Part shown: positions 14,010-26,386 of the stretch, in pieces | Layout: the number at the start of each line of letters is the position of its first letter | How positions within the stretch are numbered: position 1 is the stretch's first letter | From: Eledone cirrhosa | Taxonomy: Eukaryota | Direction of reading: 5' to 3' | DNA length: 64,000 nt | Assembly (NCBI GenBank): GCA_964016885.1 | Contig: OZ024747.1 | Location: forward strand, 30,628,001-30,692,000 | Translations under genes and position numbers: made by a program | The notes under the pieces: model-generated | Database searches by the model: none | What the model saw: only the letters and a program-made list of their open reading frames with translations | What the model was told of the DNA's origin: nothing

Positions 14010-14670
14010 AGTTAAGTTTGAAATGCATCGAGTATGTCCCCCTTGCTTTTACTGGACACCACCAGAGGGTGTTAGCCCTGGTGTTTTTTGCATAGATACG
14101 GCTTTATAAATTTTGTCTATAAACAAACCGTGTTCTTTTAGAAATACAAAATTTCAATACATATCTGTATCCAACTATGCTTGAAGCTAAATCCTAATTC
14201 TCTTTTCTATATATATATCTATCATAAGTTGAGCCAACTTATGCAGCTTCATATGCAAATGAGATTAATCACCTCATTTACACAGACGAGAAAACTATAT
14301 TATCGACTGTTTCAAGTACAACTGTGGCAAGAGTGGGAGGATTGTCCTGATGAGAAATAATTGTTTCTACTTTTTGGCACAAGGCCAGCAATTACCCAGT
14401 ACATTACTGGTACTTTATTTTATCGACCCCGAAAGGATGAAAGGCAAAGTTAACCTGATGAGAAATAATTAAGTTTGAAATGCGTCAATGATTGTCTCCC
14501 ATAGTTCTGTTGGAGACCACTAGAGTGCGTTAGCCCCTGTGTTTTTTGCATAGCTACAGCTTTCTAAATGTTTATCTATAAACAAACCTTATTTCTTTAG
14601 AAATACAAAATTTCAATACATATCTATATACAATTATGCCTGAAGTGAAATCCTAATTCTATTTTGTATA
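14010..14670 (+). mobile_element. Solo partial-tandem pLTR of the same family as 11282-11620
   Basis: 14010-14210 is repeated at about 14468-14670. 14222-14670 matches the reverse complement of 11282-11620. Confidence 0.8.
14363..14453 (-). mobile_element. 5'-truncated tRNA-derived SINE (family A) inserted into a hammerhead
   Basis: Matches the 3' half of 19135-19320. 17-bp TSD CCTGATGAGAAATAATT at 14346-14362 and 14454-14470. Confidence 0.85.
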
Positions 14671-14676
14671 TATATG

Positions 14677-14765
<89 letters not shown>

Positions 14766-14820
14766 TTATATATACATACTTATATATATATATACATATA
14801 TATAATAATAATAATAATAA

Positions 14821-15246
14821 GAAGAAGAACACAATAGGCCTGACCCAAGAAATTAGAACATAGGCCTGACCTGGTGGTTTTGGACAAGGAAAAAAGATTG
14901 TGCCTGATGTAGCCTGCCCATTTGAAACTAGAGTGCAAGAAAAGGAGAGGGAGAAAATTAACCGATACCAGGATTTAAAGTGGGAGTTAAAATGGATTTT
15001 GAACTGCCATGAAATCAAGATCGTCCCGATTGTCATAGGTGCACTAGGTACTATCTCAAAGAGTTTCCAAGGATGGTTAAAGAAGATTAGTCCAGCCCCG
15101 CTTTTTGGAACACTTCAAAAGGTATGCTTGCTGGGAACAGCAAGAACCCTCCGATAGGTCCTGAATATCTGAGGCTGCAGGTAACGGCTTCATATTCATT
15201 TCAACAAACTTTCCAGTTAAGTAACATCAATGACTGAGACTCAAAG
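14821..15246 (+). mobile_element. R4/Dong-type LINE 3' fragment in (TAA)n
   Basis: DVACPFETRVQEKEREKINRYQDLK...LLGTARTLR and the 3' UTR match the element at 31676-35226. TAA tracts lie on both sides. Confidence 0.92.
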
Positions 15247-15527
15247 AATAATAATAATAATGCTTTCTTTATTAACCACAAGGGTTTACATAAAGTAGAC
15301 ATTAAGGACAGTAGAGGACAATACAGGACGGTACAAATGGGCATTTCTGCGTGTAAAAAACAAAAATAGAGGATGTAACAAAAAAATAACAATGAAAAAT
15401 TCCCACAATAGGGGGAAGACTTCCAAGGGACATTCGTGGAGAAAGCCCATTAAAAAGCCACAGTGACCCCGACCACCAGGGCAAGTGCCCTCTCCCAGTT
15501 TTCCACCTTTAATTTACAGATACATAC

Positions 15528-18500
15528 TCAGATAGGCCCATTCACTCGGGCCATTCTTGCCTCTCTCACCCATCTTTCAACAAAATGCTGGGAAGAGAGC
15601 ACTTCCCTCTCTACCCTGATTTTCCTTTTCAAATGAAGTTTGAAAAAGTTAATCAGGGCATCACCGAAGAGGTAAGTGCTCATCTTCAGCCCTTTCAAAC
15701 ATGTCCACCATACTATCTCTTTCGCCATGGCCACCAGGCAGATAAAAATTGCCTGCCCTTCTCGGCTAAAGGAAGAGGGCGGTGCAATCCTCACGATAGA
15801 CTCAGCTGATAGCCGGATCTGTCCTACATGCAACAGCAGGTGTTCGACATAAACCCACAAGTCAGCAATGCTTGGACACTGGACGAGTTCATGCAGGATG
15901 GTTTTGTCACACCTCCATGCCTGTAGAGTTTATCCCGAACTGACAAAACTCCTCGGTAGCATTGCCAGGCCTTGGATTTCTGGAAGTTGTCCATGGGCCC
16001 CGGCTCGAAAGTTTTTCCGAAATGATTGGCTAGTTGATTTTCGTTGACGCCTAGAGTTTCCCCAAGTACGTTGTCACTCTTCCCCCCCACTTATCCTCTA
16101 TAGAACGCCAAGGTGGAGTTTCCACCGATCACATTGCCCAATTGGACGAGGGCTGTGAGCGCCTGAAGACATTCCAGTCTTCAAGCGCTCCCTCTCGGTC
16201 TTCGCTTGACCCAGGACTGCAGCTCCGTCAAGGAGACGAACTGGGGAAAGACGCGTCTAGCAAACGGCGACCACACCTGATCACCGTCGAGGAAGAGGTG
16301 GAGATGTCGTAGCCTGAGAGCGTGTCTGCGCATCATCAGCCATGGCATGCCCAGCCCTCCACGTAGCGGGTGTTGACAGCAGATGGACCGCCTGACCATC
16401 GGAGCACGTCCCTTCCACAAAAAGCGAAAGAGCAAACGCTCCAGCGCAGTCAGGCAAGGCTTAAGACAAGGCACGACGGTCAGGCAGTAGTAGATGACGG
16501 ATGCGATGTATGCGTTAGCCACCTCCGCTCGACCTTTCAGGGATAGCTTCCTCTCCACCCATTTCTGGGTGAGAGAAGCCACCCTGCTTGTCACCTCGTC
16601 CCAGTTTTTGTCCGTCTGGAGGTCCGGACCAAACCAGACCCCTAGCAATTTAACTGGTCCGTCCGTCCAGCGCCCGACGACGCTGTTGGACGGCATGGAC
16701 CTGCCTCTCCAGGTGCCGAGTTGCAGGCCCACTGACTTTTCCTGGTTGATCATTATTGCACCTGTCACCGCTTCGTATTCTCTTAGTGTAGTGCCGATCG
16801 CCTCGATGTGTTTGGCGTTCGACACCACTACGGTGACATCATCCGCATATGCTGACACGGATCTTTCGCATGCTAGTTCGCGTGGGAACCCCCTCAACGT
16901 CTCCAGTTTGTGCAGTAATGGCTCAAGAGACAATACGTACAAGAGGGACGAGAGGGGACATCCTTGGCGGACTGAGCACATGATGTTGAACGGTTCCGAA
17001 AGGTGACCGTTCACTCTCACCATAGAGCAGATGTCGCTGTGCATGGCAGCGATCCAGCCTCTGAAGACGGGCCCAAAGCCAGCCGCTAGGTAATGATGGT
17101 CGACCCTATTGAAAGCTTTCGACTGATCTAAATTGATCAAGGACACACCCGTGCCAGGTTCCCTAGCTACCCTCTCCACGATGTATCGCATGAGGTGGAG
17201 GTTGTCATGGATCTTCTGTCGGGAATGGTGCATGTCTGCACCTCTCTCACCAGACCACCAACGGCAAGCCCCAACCTCTTTGCTAGCACCTTGGCCAAAA
17301 TCTTGAACTCTGTGTTTAGCAGAGTTATGGGCCTGAAATTATCTATGTTATCTCCCTTGTTCAGATCCTTTCTCAGCAGCGCCACCGCTCCTCGGCTCAC
17401 AGAGCTGGGAATTCTCCCATTCTGTTGCCAGTTGCAGTAGACGTACACCAAGAGGCCCCCGAACAAGTCTGGCATCTGTACATAAAGTTCATAGGGCAGA
17501 CCATCCAAACCAGTCATTGCCTCCCATACTTTATCCATACTGTTATCGGCTTTTCACAACACTCCGCCTCAGTGGCCGAGAGCCGCGACAGTCCGTTGAG
17601 GTAGACACTAAAGTCCATCCCTCGATCCGGCCCACCGCTGCCCCTGAACAGCTGAGCGAAGTGTCGCTGAAAAGCTTCACACATTTGCCTGGGATCGAGT
17701 AGCATGCGCCCGTCGTAGTCCACCAAAGCCGGATCATGGCTTTGTTGCCATGACGTGCCTCCCCCACTCGGGCCCATTGAACAGCTTTTGTCCCCTCGTG
17801 TCTGAGAGCACGCACCCTAGCTCTGACAACGCAGCCTTCGTGCTTTTCATTGGAGAATTCGTCAAGGGCCAATTTCACCGCAAGTACGTCGGTCGCGATG
17901 CCTTTGCTAAGTGCCTCGTCTAATTTTCTAACTAGTTCTCCCTCTGCTCTATTTTTCTCTATTGCTAAAGCCTTACTAAACCTAATGGACTCTATTCTAA
18001 TCGCTCCTTTCAGAGCAAACCACCACTTGTTGTTGACAATGGCCCCCGTCATCGCCCGCTTAACTAGTTCGCTAATCCGGTCTCTGTAGGCCTTGCACGC
18101 TGGTAAGGACGCGTTTAGCTTCCAGTAACCCGGGTCCTTGTCTATGAAGCCTATCTAAGGAATTTGTGGTCCATGTAGCTGACTATCTTGAATTGTGGAC
18201 AGCCTATGCTAGACCTATCTATTTCCCTACAAAATACTTTATCTAGATCTGATCTGGATGACCCGATGTGGGTTGTCCAAATCCATATTGGCACATTCGG
18301 GAAATCCAATCGGTACCTGTCAGACAGTTCAAAATGCCTGAGCAGGTTGGTGAGGCTCTTGCACCCTCCTCCTCTATCCGCTAATCCCACACAGTCCCAG
18401 CGTGCATCTAAGATCCCGTTCTAGTCACCCACTAACACTAAAGAGCGGGACGTTCCAAGAAAGGTCTCCAGACGCCGAAAGAAATGTCGGGGCATAAACG

Positions 18501-18819
18501 GCCACTAGCTTGAAAGCTTGCCCGTCTCCGCTGGTCACGTCCAGCACCACCAACTTACCTCCTGGTTCCAGCTCACATGGCGAGATCCAAACCTCTCCGA
18601 AAAAGCACAGCAACTCCTCCTCCCAATCCAGGACGGCTGGGAGATGCGTACACATCGTAGCTGCCGAAGATCGGTGCGAAGGCCTGTGCCTCGGAGATAC
18701 TGGTCTCGCTAATGGCCACTACATCTGTTTAGTGACCTGAGGTCGTTGAGCAGGTGGCCCTGCTTCCCTGACGACCCCAAGCCACGCGCATTTATGCTGC
18801 CTATTCTGAGTGAGGTCAT
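15528..18819 (-). pseudogene. L1/Tx1-clade LINE ORF2 (AP endonuclease + RT), multiply frameshifted
   Basis: Starts MTSLRIGSINARGLG (APE). RT motifs GLDGLPYELY, NFRPITLLNTEFKILAK, LDQSKAFNRVDH, SVRQGCPLS and AYADD. The 3' UTR with AATAAA runs to about 15261 next to (TTA)n. Confidence 0.9.
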
Positions 18820-18914
18820 GTTGAAATGGAGTGGAAAAGATGGGAAAGACCACTTACCTTACTTCTCGTAGAGGAAGGATGGTTCCTCCATCCTTTTCAC
18901 TGCTTGTGGCCTCC

Positions 18915-20912
18915 TCAAGAAGGATGTCTATAAATCCTCCTGGAGAGTGCTTGACGGAAGTCTCCGATGTCTTTGGGGAATTTTTGTTTTAGTGTTGTGT
19001 ATGTTTTCTGTGTGATGCGAGTGATTTGTATGTGTGGAGGTGGTGTGAACTTTTGGGGTGTTGTGTAGTCTTTTTCTGTGATGCTGGTGTTGTGTTGGAT
19101 GTAGTGTAATAATTGGTTGTTGTTCAAAGTTAATTGTTTCTACTTTAGGCACAAGGCCACCAATTACCCAGTGCATTACTGGTACTTTATTTTATCGACC
19201 CCGTAAGGATGAAAGGCAAAGTCAACCTCGGCGGGATTTGAACTCAGATCGTAAAGGGACGTAACTATGCTGGAAAGCATAGCGTCCGACCCTCTACTGA
19301 TACTGCCAATCCATCGCCCTTTTTGTTGTTCAAATTTAATGCTGTGTAGTGTGTATCGTTTTGGTTGTTTTGTTTTGTTTGCGTTTGTTGTGGGTTTGTT
19401 TCTGTTTCGCTTTTTAGTGACTTTTGTGGCGTTGGTGATGGTGGTGTTGGGATTAATGATGGTGATGGTGTTGGTGTTTGTGGTGATGGGGTTGGTGATG
19501 CTGGTGTGGATGGTGGCTTAGCTGTCCTAATTTTTTTGTTTGATAGTTTATTTGTTTCCCTCTGTATTTTGTTTTTGGAGGGGGAAGGAAGAAGATTTTT
19601 TTCTTTTTTGGCTTCTTTTTCTTTTCTTCTTTTTTCCTGATACCGTTTCCCACTCCTCGTCGTCACAATCTGTCTCCAGTTGCGATAGGTCGGGGAGTGG
19701 AAAATCCTCCACAGGCATTGGTTTTGGTTGTGGCGTGGTGGATGGTGGAGGCGCTGGTGCTAGTTCTGGCACGGTGGGTGGTGGTGGTGTTGGTTTTGCT
19801 ACTGTTGCTGGGGTTGTTGCTGCTACAGTTGCTTCTCTTGTTGCTACTACAGTTGTTGCTGCCATTTCTGCTGCTGGTGGTGTTGATGGTTGAGTCACTG
19901 GGGTGGGTAAGAGAGGTGGCCTCAACTTTTTAGCCTGAGAGCAGAAAGCCTTAATAGGGCCATGGAATGCTCTCCGACCTCCTGTGGTGTTCCAAAGAAC
20001 ACGTCCACGGTTCCATATTTCTGCCCACGTCTGATGTGGGTTTTTTTCGCCCACACATGTCCCAAAGGTTTTTGGATTTGGGACTCGGATGCCCGTTCCA
20101 CTCGGCGCGATTTTGTGTTAATCGTCCGATAAGACACGGTACATAGGCGCCGATGCTCCATTTTATTAGGGGGGGGGGGGGCTGACCCTGTACCCATATT
20201 TCTTTACCATTCTCTTGGCTTCATTTAATTCCTCCTGAGTTACCTCGATTGTTTCGCATTTCTTGGCTGCTTTGGCAAACGACACATTTGCGGTGGTGTT
20301 GATGTTTTTGTTGTTATTCTCATTGTTGTTGTTGCTGTTGTTGTTATTGTTATTTTTGTTATTGTTATTTTTAGTTTCAGTTGTGGTGGTTGTTGCACCA
20401 GTGGTGTTCGGTGTGGAAGAGTCGATTCTGGGTGAATCCATTTCGATGTCACGAGATAATAATTAATTTTTTTCTTTTGTTTCTGTTGTTGCTGTGGTAG
20501 TGGTGGGGGTGGCGGCTTTAACACCTGCAGTTTTTGTTAATGGCGAGAAATGAATGTCTGCATGAGACAAATTTAAATTATTGCTACTGCTTATATTTTT
20601 AGTGTTGGCAAATGTAGTAATATTTACAATGGTGGTGTTGGTGTGAGGTGTTAGTTTGTGAGGAAGGTTGTCAGCCTGGTGTAGCTGTGAGTCGTCCATA
20701 ACTTTGTCAAAGAAATTTTTTGTTTGATAATTATAAAAGTTTAAATTTTGGGCTCAAGGCCCCAATCTTTTTGAGTGTCCTTTTCGGAAAACAATATATG
20801 TGAACTTATAAACCCTTAAAAACAAAAAATTTCCATAAATGGCAATTTGAAACAACTGAAAACAACAAACCTTTGCGGAGCTCACGATAATACGATTTCC
20901 TACGTAGGTCGC
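18915..20912 (-). mobile_element. Probable LINE 5' UTR and degenerate low-complexity ORF1 upstream of the Tx1 ORF2
   Basis: Same-strand ORF pieces (SFAKAAK, EEWETVSGKKKKRK, Pro/Thr/Asn-rich tracts) resemble L1/Tx1 ORF1 disordered regions. It starts exactly at a (TTA)n tract. No diagnostic domain is visible. Confidence 0.5.
19135..19320 (-). mobile_element. Full-length tRNA-derived SINE (family A)
   Basis: A-box-like TGGCAGTATCAG, B-box GAGTTCAAATCC and central CCTTTCATCCTTACGGGGTCGATAAA block (recalls the Meta/MESC SINE domain, from memory). About 18-bp TSD TTGTTGTTCAAA(G/T)TTAAT at 19117-19134 and 19323-19340. Confidence 0.88.
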
Positions 20913-20913
20913 C

Positions 20914-20949
<36 letters not shown>

Positions 20950-22249
20950 TTAGGTGTTCTGGAGGCTGATGACATCAAGAACAAAAAAAAATGAAGGAAT
21001 TGATAAGATCTGAATACATTCGGAGAGTAACGGGCGTATTAAAATCACATCTGAACAGTAGGAATGCCATAAGTGCAATACATTCCCGAGCTGTGTCTAT
21101 TATTAGGTACAGTGCGGGAATTCTGAGATGGAATGTTGCTGAACAAAAAGAAATGGATAGGAAGACTAGGAAGCTATTCACTATCTACAACATGTTCCAC
21201 AAGAGGAGTGATGTCGATAGACTCTACTTAAGGAGATCTGAAGGTGGAAGAGGTCTTATCAGCATAGAGGACTGTGTTCAGATGGAGAAAAACAACCTAC
21301 ACAAATACGTGACTGATAGTAGGGAGTCAATGCTCAGAATTGTACTGAAGGAGAGGACAATAGACCAGGGGATGTCCAAGGAGGAAATAACAACAAGGAG
21401 AAAGAGCAACCTTCATGAAAAATCCCTTCATAGTACCTTCTTTGAGAAAACTGAATTCAGAGATCCACAGACATGGAACTGATTGAAAAGAGGAGACCTT
21501 AAAAAGGCTACAGAAGGAATGCTAATGGCTGTGCAAGAGCAGGCTCTCAAAACGAAGTGGCTGAAACACCATATTTACAAGGAGGAGGCTAGCCCACTGT
21601 GTAGGATCTGTGGAGAGAGAGAGGAGACTGTGGCTCACATTGTATCCGAGTGTAAACACCTAGCCCAGACTCACTATAAAGGCTGGAGACATGATGTGAT
21701 GGGCAGGGTGATCCACTGGCAAAGTAAACAATTTACCACATTTATGCAAAGTAAACAATTTACCACATTCTGAGAAGTGGTATGAGCATAAGCCAGAGTC
21801 GGTGATAGAAAACGATCAGATGAAGGGGCTGTGGGATTTTAGGATACAGACGGACAAGAAACTGGAACACAATAGACCTGACCTGGTGGTTTTGGACAAG
21901 GTAAAAAGATCGTGCCTGATTGTGGATGTGGCCTGCCCATTCGACACGAGAGTGCAAGAGAAGGATAGGGAGAAAATTAACTGATACCAGGACTTAAAGT
22001 GGGAGGTAAAAAGGATTTGGAACTGCCATGAAGTCAAAGTGGTCCCGATTTTCATAGGCGCACTAGGTACTATCTCAAAGAGTTTCCAAGGATGGTTAAA
22101 GAAAATTGGCCCCGTCCCGCTTTTTGGAACACTTCAAAAGCATGCTTGCTGGGAACAGCAAGAACCCTCCGATATGTCCTGAATATCTGAGGCTGCAGGT
22201 AGTGGCTTGATATTCATTTCAACAAACATCAATGACTGAGACTCAAAGA
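20950..22249 (+). mobile_element. 5'-truncated R4/Dong-type LINE in (TAA)n, with stops
   Basis: ORFs 20991-21482, 21483-21773 and 21802-21984 match the C-terminal half of 31751-35143. (TAA)n at 20914-20948 and 22250-22280. Confidence 0.93.
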
Positions 22250-22251
22250 AC

Positions 22252-22282
<31 letters not shown>

Positions 22283-22312
22283 GGAAAATATATCACTATA
22301 GCATCATAATTT

Positions 22313-22370
22313 AGTTGGTTATATATATTTAAGGGATACTAAGTTATAGTATGCCGTCTTCAGACAAAAT
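22313..22370 (-). ncRNA. Inactivated hammerhead copy (GAAA changed to UAAA)
   Basis: Twin of 24614-24671 with a core mutation. Confidence 0.55.
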
Positions 22371-22999
22371 ACAATATTAGATGTATAAAATGTGACATAG
22401 TCATAAAATAGATCACATGCAATCAATTCAAAATGGGTATGTGATTCAAAATCTCAAAATTTCCTCTGATGTAAAGTTACCGGGAAATATAAACAAATAA
22501 ATAAATGATAAGGACAGTTAAATTAGATGCTTGAAATGTTTTTTAAAATAGAATAATTAGATTGGTCAGAGAAAAAAACCGTTAGATGTTTATATCTTAT
22601 TACTAAGGGGATATATATATATATAGATATACATACACAAACATATGCATACATACGCTTATATATATGTATATATATATATATATCTTATATTCTAATG
22701 TCACGAAAAAATAAATGTATATGTTATGTATATTCAGGGTTGCATTACAAGTAAATAAACAAACAAAGGAGAAGAACTCAGATTAATTATAATAAAAGAA
22801 TTATATTATTTTAAGAATTTATTATTTGGGCCTATAATCTCAGCGTAATATATATAATATATTATGTCAAGAAATATAAATAATGAAACTTATGTTGTTA
22901 CGAAATATATATATGTATATATCTAAGAGAACCCATAAATATATCTATACATCTATATATTGATGAGAATTAAGTCAATTATAATACAAATATATAAAT

Positions 23000-24395
23000 T
23001 TAGCTATATATTTTGTGAAATAATCTGGAAATCCTATGTAAACAACCGTTAAATATTTCATTTCTTTTATTAATAATAGATTTTGTATTACTAATAATAT
23101 GAAGAATTTCAGTATTACAAAGATTACAATATTTAGAGATAGAAGAATTTACATATGGTAAGGGGTTAGCTAGCTTCTGCCAAGATAATGAGTAATCTAT
23201 GTTTTTGCTTTTTAGAGACCATATTAATTGAGATAGGGAAGTTGAGAATTTCTTACCCATTGTTTTAAAAGTATAAGTATGGTTATACCACCTTTTCTTA
23301 ACCTTAGATGAAGTGGCACCTATATAGTTATACGACTTATCATTAGTTTTAACAATGCATTTATACACTAGATTACAGTCAAGGCATTTATTATTTAACG
23401 GGCAAGATAGACTGTTCTTACAATTACAATTCTTTATGTTATTATTTGATGATAGAGCTCTATTATCAAGGTGTATGTTATTATTATTGCTTATGCTATT
23501 ATCAATATTACTATTGTTAATGCTGGAGGTTATTTTTATTTGGTTTAATTTAAGATTCCTATTATTAATTTTTGCTATATTTTGAGCAGTCGTTGAGTAT
23601 GATAGTTAGATAGTACATCTATTAAAAATCTGGTAATATTTATGGGTTCTATGGAAACATTTATCGAGAGCTCTAAAGAACTGCTGTGCTAAACTGGCGG
23701 AGAATAACATATTATAGAACGGGATCTGGCTTTTATATTCTATTTGTTATTTTTGTTTATATGTAAGTCATGCTGGTTATGAGGTTGATTTATGTTATTA
23801 ATATTAGAGGAATTATTTCTTTATAATATGGAGTATAATTATCTTTATCTATGTATTTAACTTTATTAGAGTAGCCTGCCCTATATAGGACCTCATTGTA
23901 GTATTCTGCTTTATTGTCAAATATATCTTTATTAGCGGAGAGTCTAGAAATTCTAAACTGAACACTATTAACTATAGCTTTCTTAAGGTGTTTAGGGTGG
24001 GTGGTTGGAATAGAAACTAACATAATTTAGGTTTTCATTTAACTTATGGAATGAGTAGTATAGGCGAGATTTAAGATTTAAGGATTCTAGGAAATTGACT
24101 ATTTTATTATTATTTTCGATTTCTAGTTTAAGGTCATAATTATTAAAGAAGTCAATTATAATTTTCTTTTTCTTATTAAGGGAACTATCACTATGGTTAA
24201 TTACTATAAAAAGTGCATCGTCACGATATAAACCTCCGGCAATTTCCGGAAGTTTTCTATGTATAGTGTTAAGGATGAAAATACCAACGATGTCCGTAAC
24301 CTGAGCTGAGTCCGGGGATCCCATGGTAATATCGAAATTTCCAGGTCTATCACCTCTGGTCCAAAGATTGCCGCTAAATTCTATAAGGGTTTTCC
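23000..24395 (-). pseudogene. Naiad-type RT + GIY-YIG, truncated and frameshifted
   Basis: DITMGSPDSAQVTD...GGLYRDD (RT), YSNHP thumb, and CNC...CPLNNKC...VYKC...YIGAT...RWYNH...LSQLIWSLK...CNLCNTE...INKRNE...CLH. Confidence 0.85.
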
Positions 24396-24613
24396 TCTAA
24401 CGATTTTTTTCTCTGACCAATCTAATTACGCTATTAAAAAAAAAACATTTCAAGCATCTATTTTAACTGTCCTTATCATTTATTTATTTGTTTATATTTC
24501 CCAGTAACTTTACATCAGAGGTAACTTTGAGATTTTGAATCACATACCCATTTTGAATTGATTGTATGCGATCTCTTTTATGACTATGTCATATTTTTTA
24601 CATCTAATATTGT

Positions 24614-24671
24614 ATTTTGTCTGAAGAAGGCATACTATAACTTAGTATTCCTGAAATATATATAACGAAAT
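24614..24671 (+). ncRNA. Minimal hammerhead ribozyme (AUA site)
   Basis: AUUUUGU-CUGAAGA-AGGcAUACU-loop-AGUAUuCCU-GAAA-UAUAUA-UA-ACGAAAU: 7-bp stem I, 8-bp stem II, palindromic helix III. Confidence 0.85.
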
Positions 24672-24835
24672 AAATTATGATGCTATAGTGATATATTTCA
24701 ATTTATTACTAATATTATTATAATACTCAAAATAAATTTCATCTGTCGAGTGCTTCGTATCTATTATGAACATAACTCTGTTGATTACATATCAACAAAG
24801 TCTCTAACTCATTGTTTATATATATATATATATAC

Positions 24836-24866
<31 letters not shown>

Positions 24867-24982
24867 TGTGTGTGTGTGTGTATGTGCAAAAGGTAAACAG
24901 AAATAACAACACAATCGGTACAGTATATGGAAGGAATATATTAGGTTAATGCTGCTTTCACCCTTCTGAATCATATATATCA

Positions 24983-26310
24983 TCATCATCATCATCCTCA
25001 TTTAACGCCTATCTTCCACGCTAGCATGGGTTAAACGGTTTTGTTCCATTTGATGCGAGATTGGTCGGGAGACCGGGTCTCACTTGTACGGAACTGTCTC
25101 CAGCAGGTTTTCTATGGCTGGATGCCCTTCCTAACACCAACCACATTTACAGTGGCGATGGGAGCCTTTTTACAGTGTCTCCTACATGACTACTTTACAG
25201 TGTGGCCTGGGTGCTTTTTGTTGGGTCACCTACACAGTGGACAGAAATGGGAGGATGGGGTAGGCTGTGTGGCGTGGGGTTTACATTGGCTTACGAGGTG
25301 CCTACTGACTGTAGGTTTATGTTTGTATGCAAGGGAAGGTGGGACTTCTGTACAACTGTGTAGTGCCAAAGATCTCGATCCAGTGAAATTGTCTTAGAGA
25401 GGTGTAAATGAGCAAGGTCAGTTTTTATCATCTCGTCTCAGGTTTTTCTTGGTCTACCCACTCCGTAGCTTCCATCAATTTTGATTGCTCTGCACTTTAG
25501 AGAAAACCCCCTTTTGGCCAACAGCGATATTAGCTCTCTGAACTTTTTCCACACCGTTCTAACTCTGGCTACTGTACTTTCAGAGCATCCTCCTCCACTG
25601 TTGATTTTGTCACCCAGGTAATGGAAAGTGTCTACTATTTCTATAGAACCATCTGGGCAGTTGAAGGAGATAGCATCCAGTGTACCCTTGCTACTTACTG
25701 CACCTGAGCATCGGCCACATATAAAATCCACATTCTTAGATAGCTTACCTGTGATCCCACTACATCTTTTATGTATCCATAGTTTGCATTTGGGGCATAG
25801 AATGGAATTTCTACCTACTCCTTTCTTACATACTCAACATTGCCATTTCCCAGAGGGGATCTGTGCTCTATGCTCCTTTCTACTTACTAGAACTTTAGTT
25901 TTAGACAAGTTAACCTTTTGATTCTAGGCCATGCTTCCATGTTTTGAACTTCTCTAGTTCAGCCATCGATTCAGCTATGATGGTTAGATCATCTGCATAT
26001 AGAAGTTCACATGGGCAGCCAGTCTTAAACCCTTCTGTTATAGCCTGTAGGACAATAATAAACAGGACTATTACGCTAAACTGTTCACTCTATTCATTGT
26101 TAATTATAACCTTGCTGACTGTTCCTCTTGTATAGCTCTCACAAGCCACTCATCTGCTCCTAGTCAACAGTAGAGGGGTTTACTTTAAGCTAGGTACTTC
26201 TGTAGTTGCCATACAAGGAAAAGAGCATCTGTGGTGCTCTTACCTGGCACAAACCCAAATTGCATTTTTCATCTAGATCAATTTGTGCAATAAATCTTTC
26301 TGAGACTTTC
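24983..26310 (-). mobile_element. Decayed RTE-clade LINE (RT to C-terminus, 3' UTR, (GAT)n tail)
   Basis: ELLYADDL, FHYLGD...GGCSES...WKKFREL and GVGRPRKT. The 3' UTR is shared with the other RTE copies. Confidence 0.85.
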
Positions 26311-26372
26311 ATCTGAGTTTTTCGAATGTTAATAATAATAATTATTATTATTAATATTCGAAAAACTCAGAT
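26311..26372. repeat. Near-perfect 62-bp palindrome centred on (TAA)/(TTA)
   Basis: ATCTGAGTTTTTCGAATGTTAATAATAATAA|TTATTATTATTAATATTCGAAAAACTCAGAT, one mismatch. Confidence 0.9.
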
Positions 26373-26386
26373 TACATTTATATAAA

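Larger units (their letters stand above)
22281..24815 (-). mobile_element. Naiad-like PLE with inverted terminal pLTR copies
   Basis: 22281-22585 is the reverse complement of 24397-24710. The minus-strand RT/GIY-YIG lies between them. Confidence 0.85.

Noticed and set aside
19200-19320. tRNA gene
   Set aside because: The A/B boxes belong to a SINE head. There is no cloverleaf, and the sequence is flanked by a TSD.
23000-23430. Selenocysteine (UGA) codons or SECIS in the Naiad-like elements (also 50162-50749)
   Set aside because: The conserved Cys positions are ordinary Cys codons, and I could not draw a SECIS downstream.
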